From NCBI GenBank assembly GCA_964016885.1, contig OZ024747.1:46376001-46440000 (forward strand): DNA of 64,000 bases, given 5' to 3'. Source of the DNA: Eledone cirrhosa (taxonomy: Eukaryota). The notes below the pieces were generated by a model. That model was not told the origin of the DNA. It was given only the letters and a program-made list of their open reading frames with translations, and did not search any database. The first letter of the stretch is position 1. Every line of letters begins with the position of its first letter. A program made the translations under genes and the position numbers. Shown piece after piece: positions 1 through 13,863 of the stretch.

Positions 1-424
1 TTGTTTACTTTCTACATGTTTACTCCCTACGTGTTTACCTTCTATATTGTTTACTTTCTACATGTTTACTTTCTACATTGTTTACTTTCTACATTGTTTA
101 TTTTCTACATTGTTTACTTTCTACATGTTTGCTAACTACAGGTTTACTTTTTACATGTTTACTTTCTACATTGTTTACTTTCTACATGTTTGCTAACTAC
201 ATGTTTACTTTCTACATGTTTACTTTTTAATGTTTACTTTCTACATGTTTAATTCCCACATTGTTTACTTTCTACATTGTATACTTTCTGCATGTTTACT
301 TTCTACATTTTTTACTTTCTACATGTTTACGTTCTACATGTTTACTTTCTACATGTTTACACTCTACATGTTTACTTTCTACGTGTTTTACTTTCTACAT
401 TGTTTACATTCAACATTGTTTACT
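1..424. repeat. Minisatellite, 15-16 bp unit TGTTTACTTTCTACA(T)
   Basis: Unit repeated head-to-tail about 27 times from the window start; explains ORF 230..481. Confidence 0.95.
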
Positions 425-1345
425 AGTTTCTCTATGAGAAATTTTGTGGATGCAATTTGTTTCCTTTCGAGATTGCTGTAGATATTGTATGTATTACTTT
501 ACAATTAATAATTGATAGAAAAGTGGCGCAGAAACAAAATATTGAGATGATGAGGGTTTGGGTATAGTAAAAACCGTATCTTAGTCACAGTTTGTTAGGG
601 TCTAATCCTAATGCTTATATAACTTCATTGTGAACTTGTTACCGACAGATGTCAATCACTCTGCTTTTATCTCAACATCAATCTCATTTACCTTTTAAAC
701 ATAAAAAAAAACATGTTTGTTCTTTTTTATGATGATCTTGTCTGTATTTCATATATAACGACAGTACTGACCATCTCGACTTAAACACAGCAACTATCAA
801 TCGTTAAATGCCATTTAATTGAACCGTGTCCGTTTAAATCAACGATCACGTCATTACAGATTTCAAAGTTAGTTTTATGTCGAGTAAATAACATACAAAG
901 TATACAATGATTGTATAATGCTGCGTCAATGTCGGCTTCTTGACTCGAGCTCTTGTCTATTCCTAACATGTAATATGCAATGAAGATATACGTAGATATC
1001 TATCTCTCATTCATTGAAAAGATATACGTTCATACGTTCTCAATCATTGCAAATTAAGTACCCACGGTGACGTGGGGTTGTGAATTGTGACAGAGAATTC
1101 AAAAATTAATCGGGAATTTAACAAAGAGTTTGGTGATTTTATGAATTAAACTAACTTCACATTTTCTGTTTATAATGAAACAAGGAAAAGGGGAAGGATA
1201 GAATTACGATAAAATCTTTAATCGATGTTGTTGCCCCCCCCCCCCCACACACACACACACACACTCACACACTCACACTAGATTTTAATAGTGAAGAGGA
1301 AAGCAGAAAGAGAATCCAGATGATGGTTTGGATTTGAGGTTTTTT

Positions 1346-1656
1346 ACATGCATACATGAATACATGCATACATACATACATACATACATACATACATACA
1401 TACATACATACATGATAATGGCTGCCCCATCGTTATCGTATCGAGTATGGCCATTGCACGATATACCATTATCAATAATTATCAATTAATGCTATCGTGC
1501 AATGCCTTGCGTGAAGATTTTTTTTTAAAGTGAGGAAAGACTGTGCACTGAGCCAATCCCACTCTCTGAGCGACAGTAGCTATAACCTGAAAAGAAGAAA
1601 AGATCAACATGATCGGTAACTACTGAGCTGCAGGTTTTATGTCGGTGTTATCCCAG
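1346..1656 (-). mobile_element. Non-autonomous RTE-related retroelement, 3' part with (TGTA)n tail
   Basis: Reverse complement of the unit at 42097-42470 (GGGATAAC..CCGA..TAAAACCTGCAGCTCAGTAGTTACCGAT...TGGCCATACTCGATA..GGGGCAGCCAT), followed by (TATG)n. Confidence 0.8.
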
Positions 1657-2348
1657 TTTCCTGAGTTGGGAGAGATAAATATTGCTAAATATAGAGAGGG
1701 GGATTGGGAGAGACATTATGGTAAAAGATATAGAGGGGGGAATTTATGATGGATAGTGAGGGATCGATTACGAGAGAGTGCTGTAGAGATGGCGGGGAGA
1801 GAGTTTGGAGATGATTGATATAAAGAGGGGGATTAGCGGAGTGTTTTGCATGTTAGATATACTGAGGAGGAGAATTTGGTGGTCGTAGATATAGTAAAAA
1901 GTTCATGGGAGAGCGCCGTGTTGTAGACATAGAAATGGTACCAAATAATAGGAGGGGTAGGAATAACGGGTAGGGGCTTCAGAAATCGTTAATTGTATAT
2001 TTTGCATTAGTAAATATTTTTTTTTGTCCTATATAAGGATTTTTTAATGTGAAATAAAATAATTAGACCTAAGTGTACGTGAATTATTGACGGACGTAAG
2101 AATCGAAACTCAATACCGAAGTAGAGTTTAAATATTCATTTATTATGGCTAAGTGATGAGCCTTGTTACTCGGGAGATTTACCTGCGTACTTACAGAATC
2201 ATCAGACATGACTGGTGATCTTGTGAGTAGGAGGTGAAACGTTAGAAGTACACAGCTCACCAATAGCCATAATAAATAAATAAATATATATATATATATC
2301 ACATAAGAAACGGAGAATCAGTGTTGTGACGAATAAAATGTATTAGAT

Positions 2349-2437
2349 ATATTACAATCGTTTCACTGGCGACCAGCTCGAGGCACGATCGATGCAATGA
2401 TCGAACCTGACTCTGAAATCGCAAGATCCTCAGATAC
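2349..2437 (-). ncRNA. Type I hammerhead ribozyme, family D (long stem II)
   Basis: Minus strand: GTAT-CTGAGGA-TCTTGCGA...TCGCCAGT-GAAA-CGATTG-TA/ATAT. Homologous copy at 62371-62463. Confidence 0.65.
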
Positions 2438-2470
2438 GTCTCGATTCTACGTAGCAGAGTTTCCAAATCC

Positions 2471-2520
<50 letters not shown>

Positions 2521-2696
2521 CGAAGGAAATGTGGTAAGGAACCAGAATTAGCCGTCGAAACGGCTTGAGCTCAGCCGTCGGGGTCCTACTCGTTCCTATA
2601 TATATATATATATATATGTACATATACATATATATATATATAGAGAGAGAGAGTACTAATATTTTAGAATCAGCGAGCGAGTTTGAAATTATTATA

Positions 2697-2867
2697 AATA
2701 TAAGCTATCGCCGTATTTTGACTAAAGAAATTAAAGAAATTATTTAGCCTGATAGTGGGGTTAAGAACCCTCGGAGAAATGGAAAAAGATGAGTATTGAC
2801 GTACATGTATGTCAATACTCATCTTTTTCCATTTCTTTAGTCAAAATACGGCGATAGCTTACATTTA
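2697..2867. repeat. Nested inverted repeats (fold-back)
   Basis: 26-bp perfect arms AGAAATGGAAAAAGATGAGTATTGAC / GTCAATACTCATCTTTTTCCATTTCT (2775-2836). TAAGCTATCGCCGTATTTTGACTAAAGAAAT (~2701) is inverted at ~2831-2861. Confidence 0.85.
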
Positions 2868-2924
2868 TAATATATATATATATGTACATATACAAATAGA
2901 CATATATATATATATATATACATA

Positions 2925-2972
<48 letters not shown>

Positions 2973-2984
2973 TATACATAAGAG

Positions 2985-3098
2985 TGAAAGCAGCGGTGAT
3001 TTTCATCGAAAAATCTTTGAATGCATCTCCTCTTTTCATGATATTTGGATTACATTGAGTTCTTCATACGGATTGGACACTACCGTATATTTTGGTAG

Positions 3099-3110
<12 letters not shown>
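2985..3110. mobile_element. Terminal segment of a microsatellite-associated repeat family (...TTTGGTAGATTTATCTA)
   Basis: Same sequence at 49412-49480, and inverted at 51938-52060 and 29185-29219. Confidence 0.75.
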
Positions 3111-3149
<39 letters not shown>

Positions 3150-3214
3150 TATACAAATCGGAAGTTGCGTTTTGCTAATTTCTACTGGCGGAAATGTGAT
3201 TCTCGCTAAATTTC

Positions 3215-3283
<69 letters not shown>

Positions 3284-3286
<3 letters not shown>

Positions 3287-4107
3287 TAAAATTCGGTTAT
3301 AACGAAATTCACGTTTTATGAAATAATTAGTTGTAACGAAATATTCGTTATAACGATATCGACCGAAACAAATCGAGCATTTGTTTGATATTATCTCGTA
3401 TTTAAAAATTAAATAATAAATGAATGAAAACATACCTGCAATAGGACTTATCATGCGATATAATATAAATACGTACAGTGTACTCTCGGCATTCACGGTC
3501 AGGGTTATTCGCGGAATTTTCCTTAGAACTGAACTAATAATTGTTCGTGGAATCCACCGCATACTCGCGGAATCGTAAATATCTTCCGCGATTTTTAATG
3601 GCTTTTTTCGTGACAATATATATTTGTTTACGTATTTTTACAATAAATTATTAATAAGAATATATCGTATTTGCCAGCCTATATTTTATGTTGTTTTGAC
3701 GTTTTTATGGACCACGTCCGATATTCGCGGTTGCTCACTCTTCGCGGGTGTTCTAGGAACGTAACCGTCGCGAATACCGAGTGACAATGTATTTTAACTA
3801 TGTTCAAATATATTTCCTTCATTTGTTTTCTGTCATATTAGAAACTTGCATAATAAACCCTGAAAAATTATTTTTTAGTTAAGTATTTTATGTTATAATA
3901 ATTATATATATATATATATACATATAAATAAATGCAATATCGGAGAAAGCTTTTTAGCGATACTCCGGCCAAATTCCAACTCACTCAACAAACATTAGGA
4001 AATAAGTGATTATATTCCCAATTATGCGTTCGGGGTGCTAACTAAAAGTATTGCGTGGAAAATTGGCTGTATTATTTCATATGAGACATATCGAATATAT
4101 CTCTTCC

Positions 4108-4154
<47 letters not shown>

Positions 4155-4394
4155 GTGTGTGTATCTGTATTAATGTATGTGAGTGTTTGTGTTTCAGATG
4201 TGTTTCAGTGAGTCGAAAAGTTTTTTGGGCTGCTTGGGGTTCAATTTTCGTTCGTTGCACTGACATATTCGTTGTAATGGATTTCGTTATAACGAGATTC
4301 TTTTATCGTTATTTAATAAGCTTGTGGCTGGGGATGAATTTCGTTATACTGAAAAATTCGTTATAATGGTGTTCCTTATAACGGAATTTACCTG
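3284..4394. mobile_element. pogo/Tigger-like MITE (outer)
   Basis: TIR CAGTAAAATTCGGTTATAACGAA versus reverse complement of the right end CAGGTAAATTCCGTTATAAGGAA. Reiterated subterminal TTCGTTATAAC motifs; left flank TA. Confidence 0.7.
3476..3789. mobile_element. pogo/Tigger-like MITE nested in the outer MITE
   Basis: TA-CAGTGTACTCTCGGCATTCACGG ... TCGCGAATACCGAGTGACAATG-TA: imperfect TIRs, TA flanks, internal TTCGCGG repeats. Confidence 0.7.
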
Positions 4395-5614
4395 TGTATA
4401 TATATATATATATCTTTATGTATTTATAGAAATATATATATATATGAATATTGTTATACTTGGGGAGGGTCATATTGTTGTAATAATATTGCCAGAAATA
4501 ATAACAGAACACACTCAGTGTTTCGTTGGTTTTCGCTTTTGTATCTTTTATATCTCCACAATTAATTCATTCGGTCATCAATGTTTACCATTGACTGACC
4601 AACGGTCAAAAATACAGATATAATATGATATAAACACATATATATAGTCTAACAAAGTTATTTCGTTGCATATCTGCAACATCGTCAGTGGTACCATTAT
4701 GTTCCTCCTGTTGTATTGCATATCTACGCCATCTTTATTTTTCAAGTATAACAATATTTGTTTCGACACACGATTTCATATAAAAAACCTTGCAAAACAA
4801 ATACATACCAGTTTATTATGAGATCCGAAGTAGCTCGATATATCAAATCGTTCAGAAAGTGTACAGAGCATTATTATTTTTACAATATGTACAGGGGCTG
4901 TAGAACTTGGGGGAAGCATCACCCCAAAAATTATATTTTTCTCCCCAAACTCCCAAAACACATTTATTTGGATATGCGCTACAATTTATGTACATGTTAT
5001 GTTTATCGCATATCGAAATTTTCTGACCATTTTAGAGTAAAAGAGCAAAATAAATCACTACAGCTAAATTGACCAAATTTGTTCCCCCCATCCTCAAATT
5101 CAGAAGTGCTTCCACCTTCTCTCATATATATATATATATATATAGCTGTATACATATATGTATGTAAAGTTTTTATATCGAATAATACACACACACACAC
5201 ATACACACACACAGATAGACACACATACACACACAGGCACACAAACATGCACATACAAACATATATATGTATATATATATATATTTACATAATGGGGAAG
5301 TTAGATCGATACAATGCTAAAAGCATAGAAGCCATCGCAATAATTTCGACCTTGCTTCCTAGAGAAATGCTCAACGATAACACGTGGGAGGAGCAAATCA
5401 ATGTTATAAGTTCTTAGGAAACCGATATCCAAATCAAAATAATTAGGCTGATAACAATAAAAGAAATCTAAGAATTCCAAAAATTTAACCAACGAAGAGT
5501 TGAAATACACTTGACAAATGTTGCCATTTACAAGTATTAGAAATTGATTATTAGCAAATCAGGACTGAGGTCATACAGAGGGAATTGGTTACTATCTAGT
5601 GTAGAAAGATATCA

Positions 5615-7076
5615 AATTGGAAAGCTTCCGGCAGAGACTGTGTGCAAGCATTCTGGTTGAAAATGGTCCCTTCAAGGGAGAATTGCTGAGCAACTGAATA
5701 AGATCTTGAATGGAGAACAGAGGTTGCCAGAATGGCTAACCGTTGGGAGAACGATCTTGTGTTTAAAGGACCCCAGCAATGGAAATGCAGTTGACAACTT
5801 TAGATCTATCTATTGCCACCTTCTTATGTGGAAACTTATGACGGGTGTCATTGCTGAGGAGACACTACCTTCAGAGAAGAAGGAATGTAGGAGAAGAAGC
5901 AGGGGGAATAAAGATCAATTATTGATTGATAAAGCGATCTTTAAAGATTGTAAAAGATGACACAGATCTTTCCTTGGCCTGGATCGATTACCGCACGGAT
6001 TACAACATGCTGCCACACAATTGGATAGTAGAATCTTTGGAAATTTTTGGTATTGCATCTAACATTAGACAGTTTCTGGTGAGCAGTATGGATAGTTGGA
6101 AGCTGAAATCATGTAAAAAACATTGGGAGTTGTAAAGATCAAGAGAGGCATATTTCAGGAAGACAGTCTTTCACCTTTGCAGTTTGTAGTGTGTATGGCT
6201 CTACTTTCATTGGTGTTGAGAATGTGAAAGGCTGGTTAGGAGTGGGGAAGAGGCGAGTTCATGGATGACCTAAAACTTTATGGGAAATCATATAAACATA
6301 TTGATTCCCTTGTACAGACAGTTCACACAATCAGTGCGCGTAAAGGAATGGAATTTAGCATAAAAGCGTGTGGGATGCTACTAATGAAGCGAGATAGGAT
6401 TAATAAGATGGAAGGAATTGAGTTACCAAATGGACAAGTTATGAAGGAAATTGATGACAACGAGTATACGTACTTAGGCATCTTGGAAACAAACCATGGC
6501 TGAAAATGAATAGTATAATATCTGGTGGGACATGACAGTCCAGTGCGATCATTTTATCGTGGCAAGAAAGCTTGACGTTGTTGTATAAAAGAAGAATAAC
6601 AAGGCATATATTGTGGATATTGCTTCATCGTGGGACCACAGGTTGAATGAGAAGGAAAGTGAGAAAGTTGAGAAATACCAGGAGCTGAAAAGAAAAGTCA
6701 GGAAAATGTGGAGAATCAGACACATAGAAGTGGTATCGATTGTGGCTGCTGCACCGGGAGAAGTTAGTAGAAGGTTGGATTCATGGCTTGAGAAACTAGG
6801 AGTTACCATCAAGACAGGATTGTTGCAGAAAACAGCCTTGCTGGGAACAGCAACAATTCTAAGAACGGTATTGAAAGGCTGAAGGAGAAGGACTTACCCA
6901 AAGGATCCCTGGCCATTGGCTATGAGTCGCTCCTTTGGTGTAGGGTTGGTATAACATGTGCCATACAAAAGCGTTACGAATGATGATTAATAATAATAAT
7001 GATGATGATGATGATTATAATGATGATGATAATGATGATGATTAAGATGATGATGATGATGATGTTGATGATGATG
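5615..7076 (+). mobile_element. Decayed R4/Dong-type non-LTR retrotransposon (RT + restriction-like endonuclease), internally deleted
   Basis: Frameshifted RT motifs [67 protein letters not shown]. Then RLE motifs WWD..VQCD..IVARKLDVVV, IVDIA, EKVEKYQEL, LLQKTALLGTATILR. (TAA/TGA)n tail at ~6980-7076. Confidence 0.9.
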
Positions 7077-8020
7077 TTTTTGTTTGCTACAAGATCATTG
7101 GATGAAGGAAGCATTACAAAGATTACTTACAACATGATTATGGAGGTTTAGATAGAAACGAGAGAGAAAAAATATATGATGTATAACTGCGAAAAACATT
7201 GGCTTAAACAGACAGAAAATTAGTCTGAGTAAATAAAGCATACCTGATAATTTTCGTGTGGGTTGAAGTGTCAAATTGTGATTTTGTTATTGTTGTTGGC
7301 GTTGGCGTACGTGTTTGTATTATTAGCTGTCTCGTATCGACGATGAACGGGATATTGAAGCGGTTGGTTGTGTTCTTCGTTGGTGAATAGAGATTAAATC
7401 ATTTATGAACAATTTCAACAGGAGAAAGAAATCCAGCCGTCGCCATCACCAACAACAAAAATAAAAATAAAATAAGAATAATATATAAATTATAAAAACA
7501 AAATGGATAAGAAGTGAGGGTTGTTCGATGAGAAAGATGGCTGCTAATTAAATTAATGTGTATGGCAATGAATTATGCATGGAAATATTGAATATTTTTC
7601 AGATATGTAACGGCAAACTGCTTCGTTCATGAATTGTGGTTAATGGCGTCTACATGTATTTGGTGTTGCTATTTTGCATCTCCTCTTGACATCGATTTGT
7701 CTAATAATGTAACACGTGTCTCCCTCTTGTAACAATAGACAAATAAATATAAGTAAATAAATATAACATTTGTCTCGTAACATTACATTCCTTCATTTAT
7801 TTCGTCTGCCATTTTTCATTTTCGTCCTATTTCACCGTACTTGAGCTCCTGAAATGGTGTATGTATATATGTATGTTTCGATATATATATATGTTAGACT
7901 TTATGTTTTCATCTAGTATTGCTTTTGTGTATGTATATGTATGGTTGTGGGAGTCTGTGTGCTATTGAAAAGAGGAAAAACTGTCTAATCAGATCATATT
8001 GTGTTGAAAAGGAGAAAAGA

Positions 8021-8127
8021 GATGATGATGATGTTGGTGATGACGACAATGACAACTACGAGGATGATGACGATGATGATGATGATTACGATGATGACGA
8101 TGATGATGATGATGATTACGATGATGA
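8021..8127. repeat. (GAT)n microsatellite
   Basis: Imperfect GAT/GAC run. Confidence 0.9.
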
Positions 8128-8142
8128 CAATAACGTAGTGAT

Positions 8143-8367
8143 TAATAATAGTTTCTACATTTGGCACGAAGCCAACAATTTGAAGAGAATGCGAAAGTTG
8201 ATTAAATCGACTCCAGTGCGTTACTGGGACTTTATTTTATTGACCCCCACAAGAATGAAAGTTAAAGATAACCTCGTTGGGATGTGAACTCAGAACGTAA
8301 AGGGTGGTAACTATATGCCGCAAAGCATGTAGCGCGACACTCTACTGATCCTGTCAATCAATCGCCC
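8143..8367 (-). mobile_element. tRNA-derived SINE (family 1), old copy
   Basis: Diverged reverse complement of the 13017-13202 SINE, including B-box-like GAGTTCACATCCC. Confidence 0.75.
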
Positions 8368-8534
8368 TCAACTTAGCAATCAATTCTTATCATATTAGTG
8401 CTATATTTTTTGTATGCTGTATATACTTATGAGTCCTGCGGTTTTGGTTATGTAACTGACAATGTGATTTTTTTTATCCTTTTCAGAGACCTATTATTTT
8501 TGGTAGTGTTTCTGTTTTCAACATCCTCGTTCGG

Positions 8535-8536
<2 letters not shown>

Positions 8537-8620
<84 letters not shown>

Positions 8621-8626
8621 CTCTCT
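8537..8626. repeat. (CT)n microsatellite
   Basis: Directly visible. Confidence 0.95.
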
Positions 8627-8779
8627 CTATAACTTAGAAGGTGTAGTAAGATACCAGGTGGACCATAACACACCAGAGTACTCGATACTTAGGGTAGTAG
8701 AGTGGGTAATAGGATAGGAGTCAGGACCTCGACGGCTGATCTCCGGCCGTTTCGACAGCTAGATCCGATCTATATATAT

Positions 8780-9250
8780 ATCTTTATATGTGGATAGTTT
8801 CTCCATTTATTTTTCAGATATATTGTCGTTTGTGGGGATTGGTACATCAATTAGAAACACTTTTTTTGTGTGGCCTTGGACTACATCTGGTCGGTTGGCT
8901 TTGATCTCACTGTCTGTGTGCATTGGCATATCCCATAGTATGGTTGCTTGGTCATTCTCTGGCACCTTTTCTAGTATGTGTCCGTGCTATCTTTTTTTCT
9001 GTTGGTATTTCACAATGACGACATAACTGCCAGAGTATGTAAATCCCAACGCTATCATGTCTGTGGATATATTTCTTTTTTTGGGGATAAGACTGGGCAG
9101 TCAGATTCTGCAGTAACTTACAGTATTCTGCTTCATTATGTACTCCTGGCTGTGTTTTGGTGGGGAGGCTTTGATCTTGTGTTGCGATTAGAAAGCCTAC
9201 GCTTCAACCTTTGGTCTAGTGCTTCGCAACCAATTTTGTGAGTGTCCAGT
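8780..9250 (-). mobile_element. R4/Dong-type LINE fragment (zinc-knuckle region + RLE), second family
   Basis: Minus-strand translation with frameshifts: WLRST..., IATQDQSLPTK, YIHRHDSVG..I.WQLC, ATILWDMPMHTDSEIKANRPDVV...VFLIDVPIP...EKLSTYKD. Confidence 0.85.
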
Positions 9251-12200
9251 CTTTATTATTTGACTGGTCTTTTCAGACGTGGATAAATTTGCCCCGAGTT
9301 TTTTCTATGATTTTCAAGTGTAACTAAAGGAAATCATTTTTATTTTGGAATTTACTTTACACACGGACGTCTATTCAACTGTTTGGGAATCTGCCCAGTA
9401 ACGAGATACGATAAGAATGGCTGGATATTTTTTAATAATTCTATTTATACTCACGCTAAAAGTTCAAGCCAGTAATAATATCTTGTTACAGGAGCACCGT
9501 GCCACCCTCGGAATAATATTCCTGGACAAGACAAAGCAACTCCCAAACGACAAATAAAAACTAAAACAAAACTAAATATTACTAAATACACATGTTTTAA
9601 TTGTAGAAAATAAAAAACAAAAACCTTTCAGCACAAAAAGGGACATTATAGACAACAATTTTCTGAACAACATAGCAGTAGCAAAATTAGCATCCACAGA
9701 CATACACCCTAAAATGGAAGTGTTTCAAATGAAAATTAGGAGCCATCGCTTTCAAGTATTTCTCGGAGAGAACAAATGCATATAAATACTATGTGACGAA
9801 AAGAAGCATTTCTGCTATTATCCAGATACGAGGGAAAAGAAAAAATAACGTGCCAGTGACTTGTCAAATTGCGAGAGCTTTCCTTGTGCGTTCCAATAAG
9901 CAATGTAGTGAAACTCTTGTAGTTGGCATTGGTGTACGTGTTTGTATTATTAGCTGTCTCGTATCAACGATGTTGGAGATGGTGAAACTCTTGTAGATAT
10001 ATGATTTGACATCTCTTTCATCGGCAGCGACAAGTGATATAGGGGTGGTATGCTGAGAATGGGACGAAGCACAATTCTTGAACTCAGAAGATAAAGTGGT
10101 GTAATAAATACAAGTTCTTTCACCTAGAACACACCAATCTCTCTTCCTTCTCCTCACTCCCCTCTCCTTTATTATGTCTCAAATATTGATCTCTACCTTA
10201 AGGACTTTATCAGTTATGTAGCGATGACATCTCTTCTATCTTACACCTATAGAATGGAAGGCAATGTTAAATCTTCAACCATCGATTTTTCACTTTGTTA
10301 TCAGACACTATCGATTCCGCTACTTTGTTATCTCACTGGAAATAGGAACATTATTTAATTACTATTCTTTTATTTATTTATTTAATTCAGTTTTCAGTCA
10401 ACAATGACTATTATAATGGTTATCGAGCCAAAACAGGAACCACTATGTGATGGTTCTTATTCAAACCACTGCCGTAGCCACTTACTCAAATCACACGTCT
10501 TAAATAAATGAAACAAAACATGAGAGAATGTATTCCTGGATAAAGAAACAAGATGAAATAGTAGCAACTCCATGAAGGCTAACCTGGGGTTAAACAATAA
10601 TCATTTCGAACTTTCCATTGAAACTAGTTTAATTGATGAATTTTCCCATGAACATTGTTCAATGGTTGTTTATTAAAATTAACACAATGGTGTGTGAGAA
10701 ATAATTAAAATATCTCTGTAACAAATTAAAAAAAGATGAGCTGAATCATTAATAATTAAGACGAATTGGCTTCGAAATTATAAAAAAAACTTGAATTAAA
10801 ATAAATTTAAATCAGTTTACTGTCATTACACACACTTAATTATGCAGTTTTATTTATTTATTGAAAGCCAATATGAACACATTAATGCTAGAGATCAATC
10901 CCTGAGAGAAAAGGAAACAGTAATTCTCACATACGAATGAAGGTAGGAACCACGTGGCATCAATTGACTTGCCAGAAAGAGCAGCCAAATCTCCATCAAA
11001 TCGTACTCTATGCTTATTGAAGCATACATTAGATACTATAGTTCTAGACATACTATGTTTACGATAAAAGATGGAATGGTAATGACTGGAAAAATGTTAA
11101 TTATTAAGTATGGCTTTAAGAAGAATATCAATTTCATTAACATAAGCAGGTTCCTATCCGTTAGCATTACACAGAGTAGCAGGTCTCACCACTTTAGAGA
11201 AGCTCATAGCAGAAGGTACAAGGTGACTTTCGATTAGTTACTTAATATGCTAGAAATAGCAGCCAAATCTCCCCTAAGTCTTACAAAAACCACTACGCAT
11301 TGCATAATAGAGCTTTAGACATACATATAACTGAAAATATGATTGGATTGTCACGACTATAATGCTGTTACCGTAGCTAGTTTAACGTAAACCCGCTAAA
11401 TAACAAAAGCAACAACGGCAGATATTTTAAAGCTTAACAGAAAAAAAAAACTGGGATTCAACATCCATTTAGGAATTTCTTGAGTCATAGCATAGCCTTA
11501 GTGATCCCAACTCTTAGCACTCCACTAGAAAGTAACGCAACCGATGTTGGAAATCAAATTTATATAAAGGAACCGCAAAAGCAACATGAGCTAAAATGTG
11601 ATATGTTGTAATATGTTCATGTATTTGAAATATCATCTAGAAAAGGAGTGAATTAAAAAGGTAATTTATGTAAGTGATGGTAGGTAACAGGAAGTGCCAT
11701 CTAATGAAGAGTGACGAATATATTTACAGTTTTATTTTTCACATGTCTCATAGGGCGATGTATAAGTGATTGATCCGATGATATGTTACTTAAAAGTCTT
11801 CTATTTACATAGTACAACACGAACTGTTTGGCCCCATGAGAAATAGAAATGCTTGTGTTGGAAAGATAGATGATTCCAATGACAAATTCATCACGTTTTT
11901 CAGGTGAAAGACAATTATTTTAAATTTGATTGGCATCTACTTTGAGACAATGATCGTTCATCCATTTATGGACACCTAATCTGTATTTATCACAAGAGTA
12001 GGTTATGAATAAATAAATATGTGAACTCACAAAAATACTTACTTAGTCTTGCTGTAAAATTTGACATAAGCTGATATTTTCAGCATCTCGAGATGAGAAT
12101 CGAACCGACCGGATTTATTATTCTTTAAACCTTTCATCAGAATTCACTTACTTTTCTTCCCAAACTGCTGAGAGTAGTAGTGCTAGGCTACTTATTAAAA

Positions 12201-12804
12201 TGTAAACACGTATGTGGGCAGGCTCTAATTCTGATATATTAATAAAACTACGGGAACTTTGGCACCTAGATGTGACCATTAAATCAACTAGTTTTATAGT
12301 CCATTTGTGACTCATCAGCGACCACACATCTCGCTTTCTCTCTACTGATCCCTAGAAACACAAGGTTTTATATGGAAATATGTGTATACATTATTATGAA
12401 CAAAGTGTAATGTAGAAATGTTATAGAGTAAAGCAATGTTAGTAAGATACTAATAGTAAGGGAACAGTATATCACGATACTAATAGTAATAGTACAGAGT
12501 ACAGTATTGTCAGTACCATACTAATAATAATGTTATGTGACTGAAGACTCATTCTTCCATCTCTTCCTTCTAATGTATCGCATGAATTCGCACACTACCG
12601 AAAAAAAAACTCCTTTTTAATACCATATGGTCATGTTCCATGCATGCTCCTGTAACTTTTGAAGAAGTTGTAGGGGTGCCGTATTGGCATACGGCGTTTC
12701 TAGGAATTCTTTTAAAAATCTGGTGGAGCCCATCACCTTTGAATACAGCAGATTTCTTCTAGAGAAGGATAAGGAGTGAAAGAATGGACGTGAGAAAGAG
12801 ATAT

Positions 12805-12963
12805 AGTCGACGGATTGACCCTAGTATTTAATTGCTACTTTTTTATCAAATGGATGAAAGGCAAAGTTGACCTCGGCGTGATTTGAACTCAGAGAACAGA
12901 GTCAAAATGAATACTACAAAGCATTCAATCTGACGTTCTATCAACTCTGCCAATTTGCCGCCT
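12805..12963 (-). mobile_element. tRNA-derived SINE (family 1 relative), old copy
   Basis: GGATGAAAGGCAAAGTTGACCTCGGCGTGATTTGAACTCAG on the + strand. Confidence 0.75.
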
Positions 12964-13016
12964 AAATGTCATGTTAATAATGCATTATTGTTGTAAAGAA
13001 CATTATTGTTGTAAAG

Positions 13017-13202
13017 GGCGGTGGATTGGCAGTATTGGGAGAGGGTCGGACGCCATGCTTTGACGTATAGAGTTACGGCCCTTGCCATTCTGAGTTCAAA
13101 TCCCGCCGAGGTTAACTTTGCCTTTCATCCTTACGGGGTCGATAAAATAAAGTACCAGTAATGCACTGGGTAATTGCTGGCCTTGTGCCTAACGTAGAAA
13201 CA
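13017..13202 (+). mobile_element. tRNA-derived SINE (family 1), young full-length copy with TSD
   Basis: A-box-like TTGGCAGTATTGG and B-box GAGTTCAAATCCC. Flanked by ATTATTGTTGTAAAG at 13002-13016 and 13203-13217. Confidence 0.9.
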
Positions 13203-13798
13203 ATTATTGTTGTAAAGAACAGCATCTTTGATTCCTTTCGGAGAATAAAGTTATACTTCTCTATCATTAAACACCAATCTACTGAGAGAACTGTTTATAA
13301 AAAAAATGTTGCTCCTATTAGAGTTTGGAAATAACCAATCTGACAACCGATTGTTATTTAACAAACGATAAAAGTACTCTTCACCTAGCATCTAATTTGA
13401 AACCGATGGATTATATATGCTTTGAAATTATATAACTTCGTTCGGTAAACAGATGTTCTTTTATGCTCTAGGTTCTTTTCCAGATTAAAAAGAAAATTCT
13501 AACGAAAGCAAGTTCCTATATAAACGTAGTTAATCCCTCCAAATTAAACAAACTATATACAATCTGGGCAATATTCTATATACCAATAATCTATATTACT
13601 TCTTGAAGAACAGTCACTTTAAAAGGACTACAAAATGACTCCTTCATATTACCTATGGCAATCGTTACTACAGATACTTTAAACAAACTAAAGTACTTCG
13701 ACATAACAGCATTTTAGATAGTTTTCATAGTTTTTTCATGATAACTTATGTGACTAGAAATACGTACATATATATATATACACATACATACAAAAGTG

Positions 13799-13863
<65 letters not shown>

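Noticed and set aside
12152-12230. AG...GTAAGT-bounded candidate exon (LEPAHIRVYILISSLALLLSAVWEE) on the minus strand
   Set aside because: Splice-like signals are frequent by chance, and there is no homology support.
13017-13110. tRNA-like A/B boxes
   Set aside because: These are SINE heads with no complete cloverleaf.
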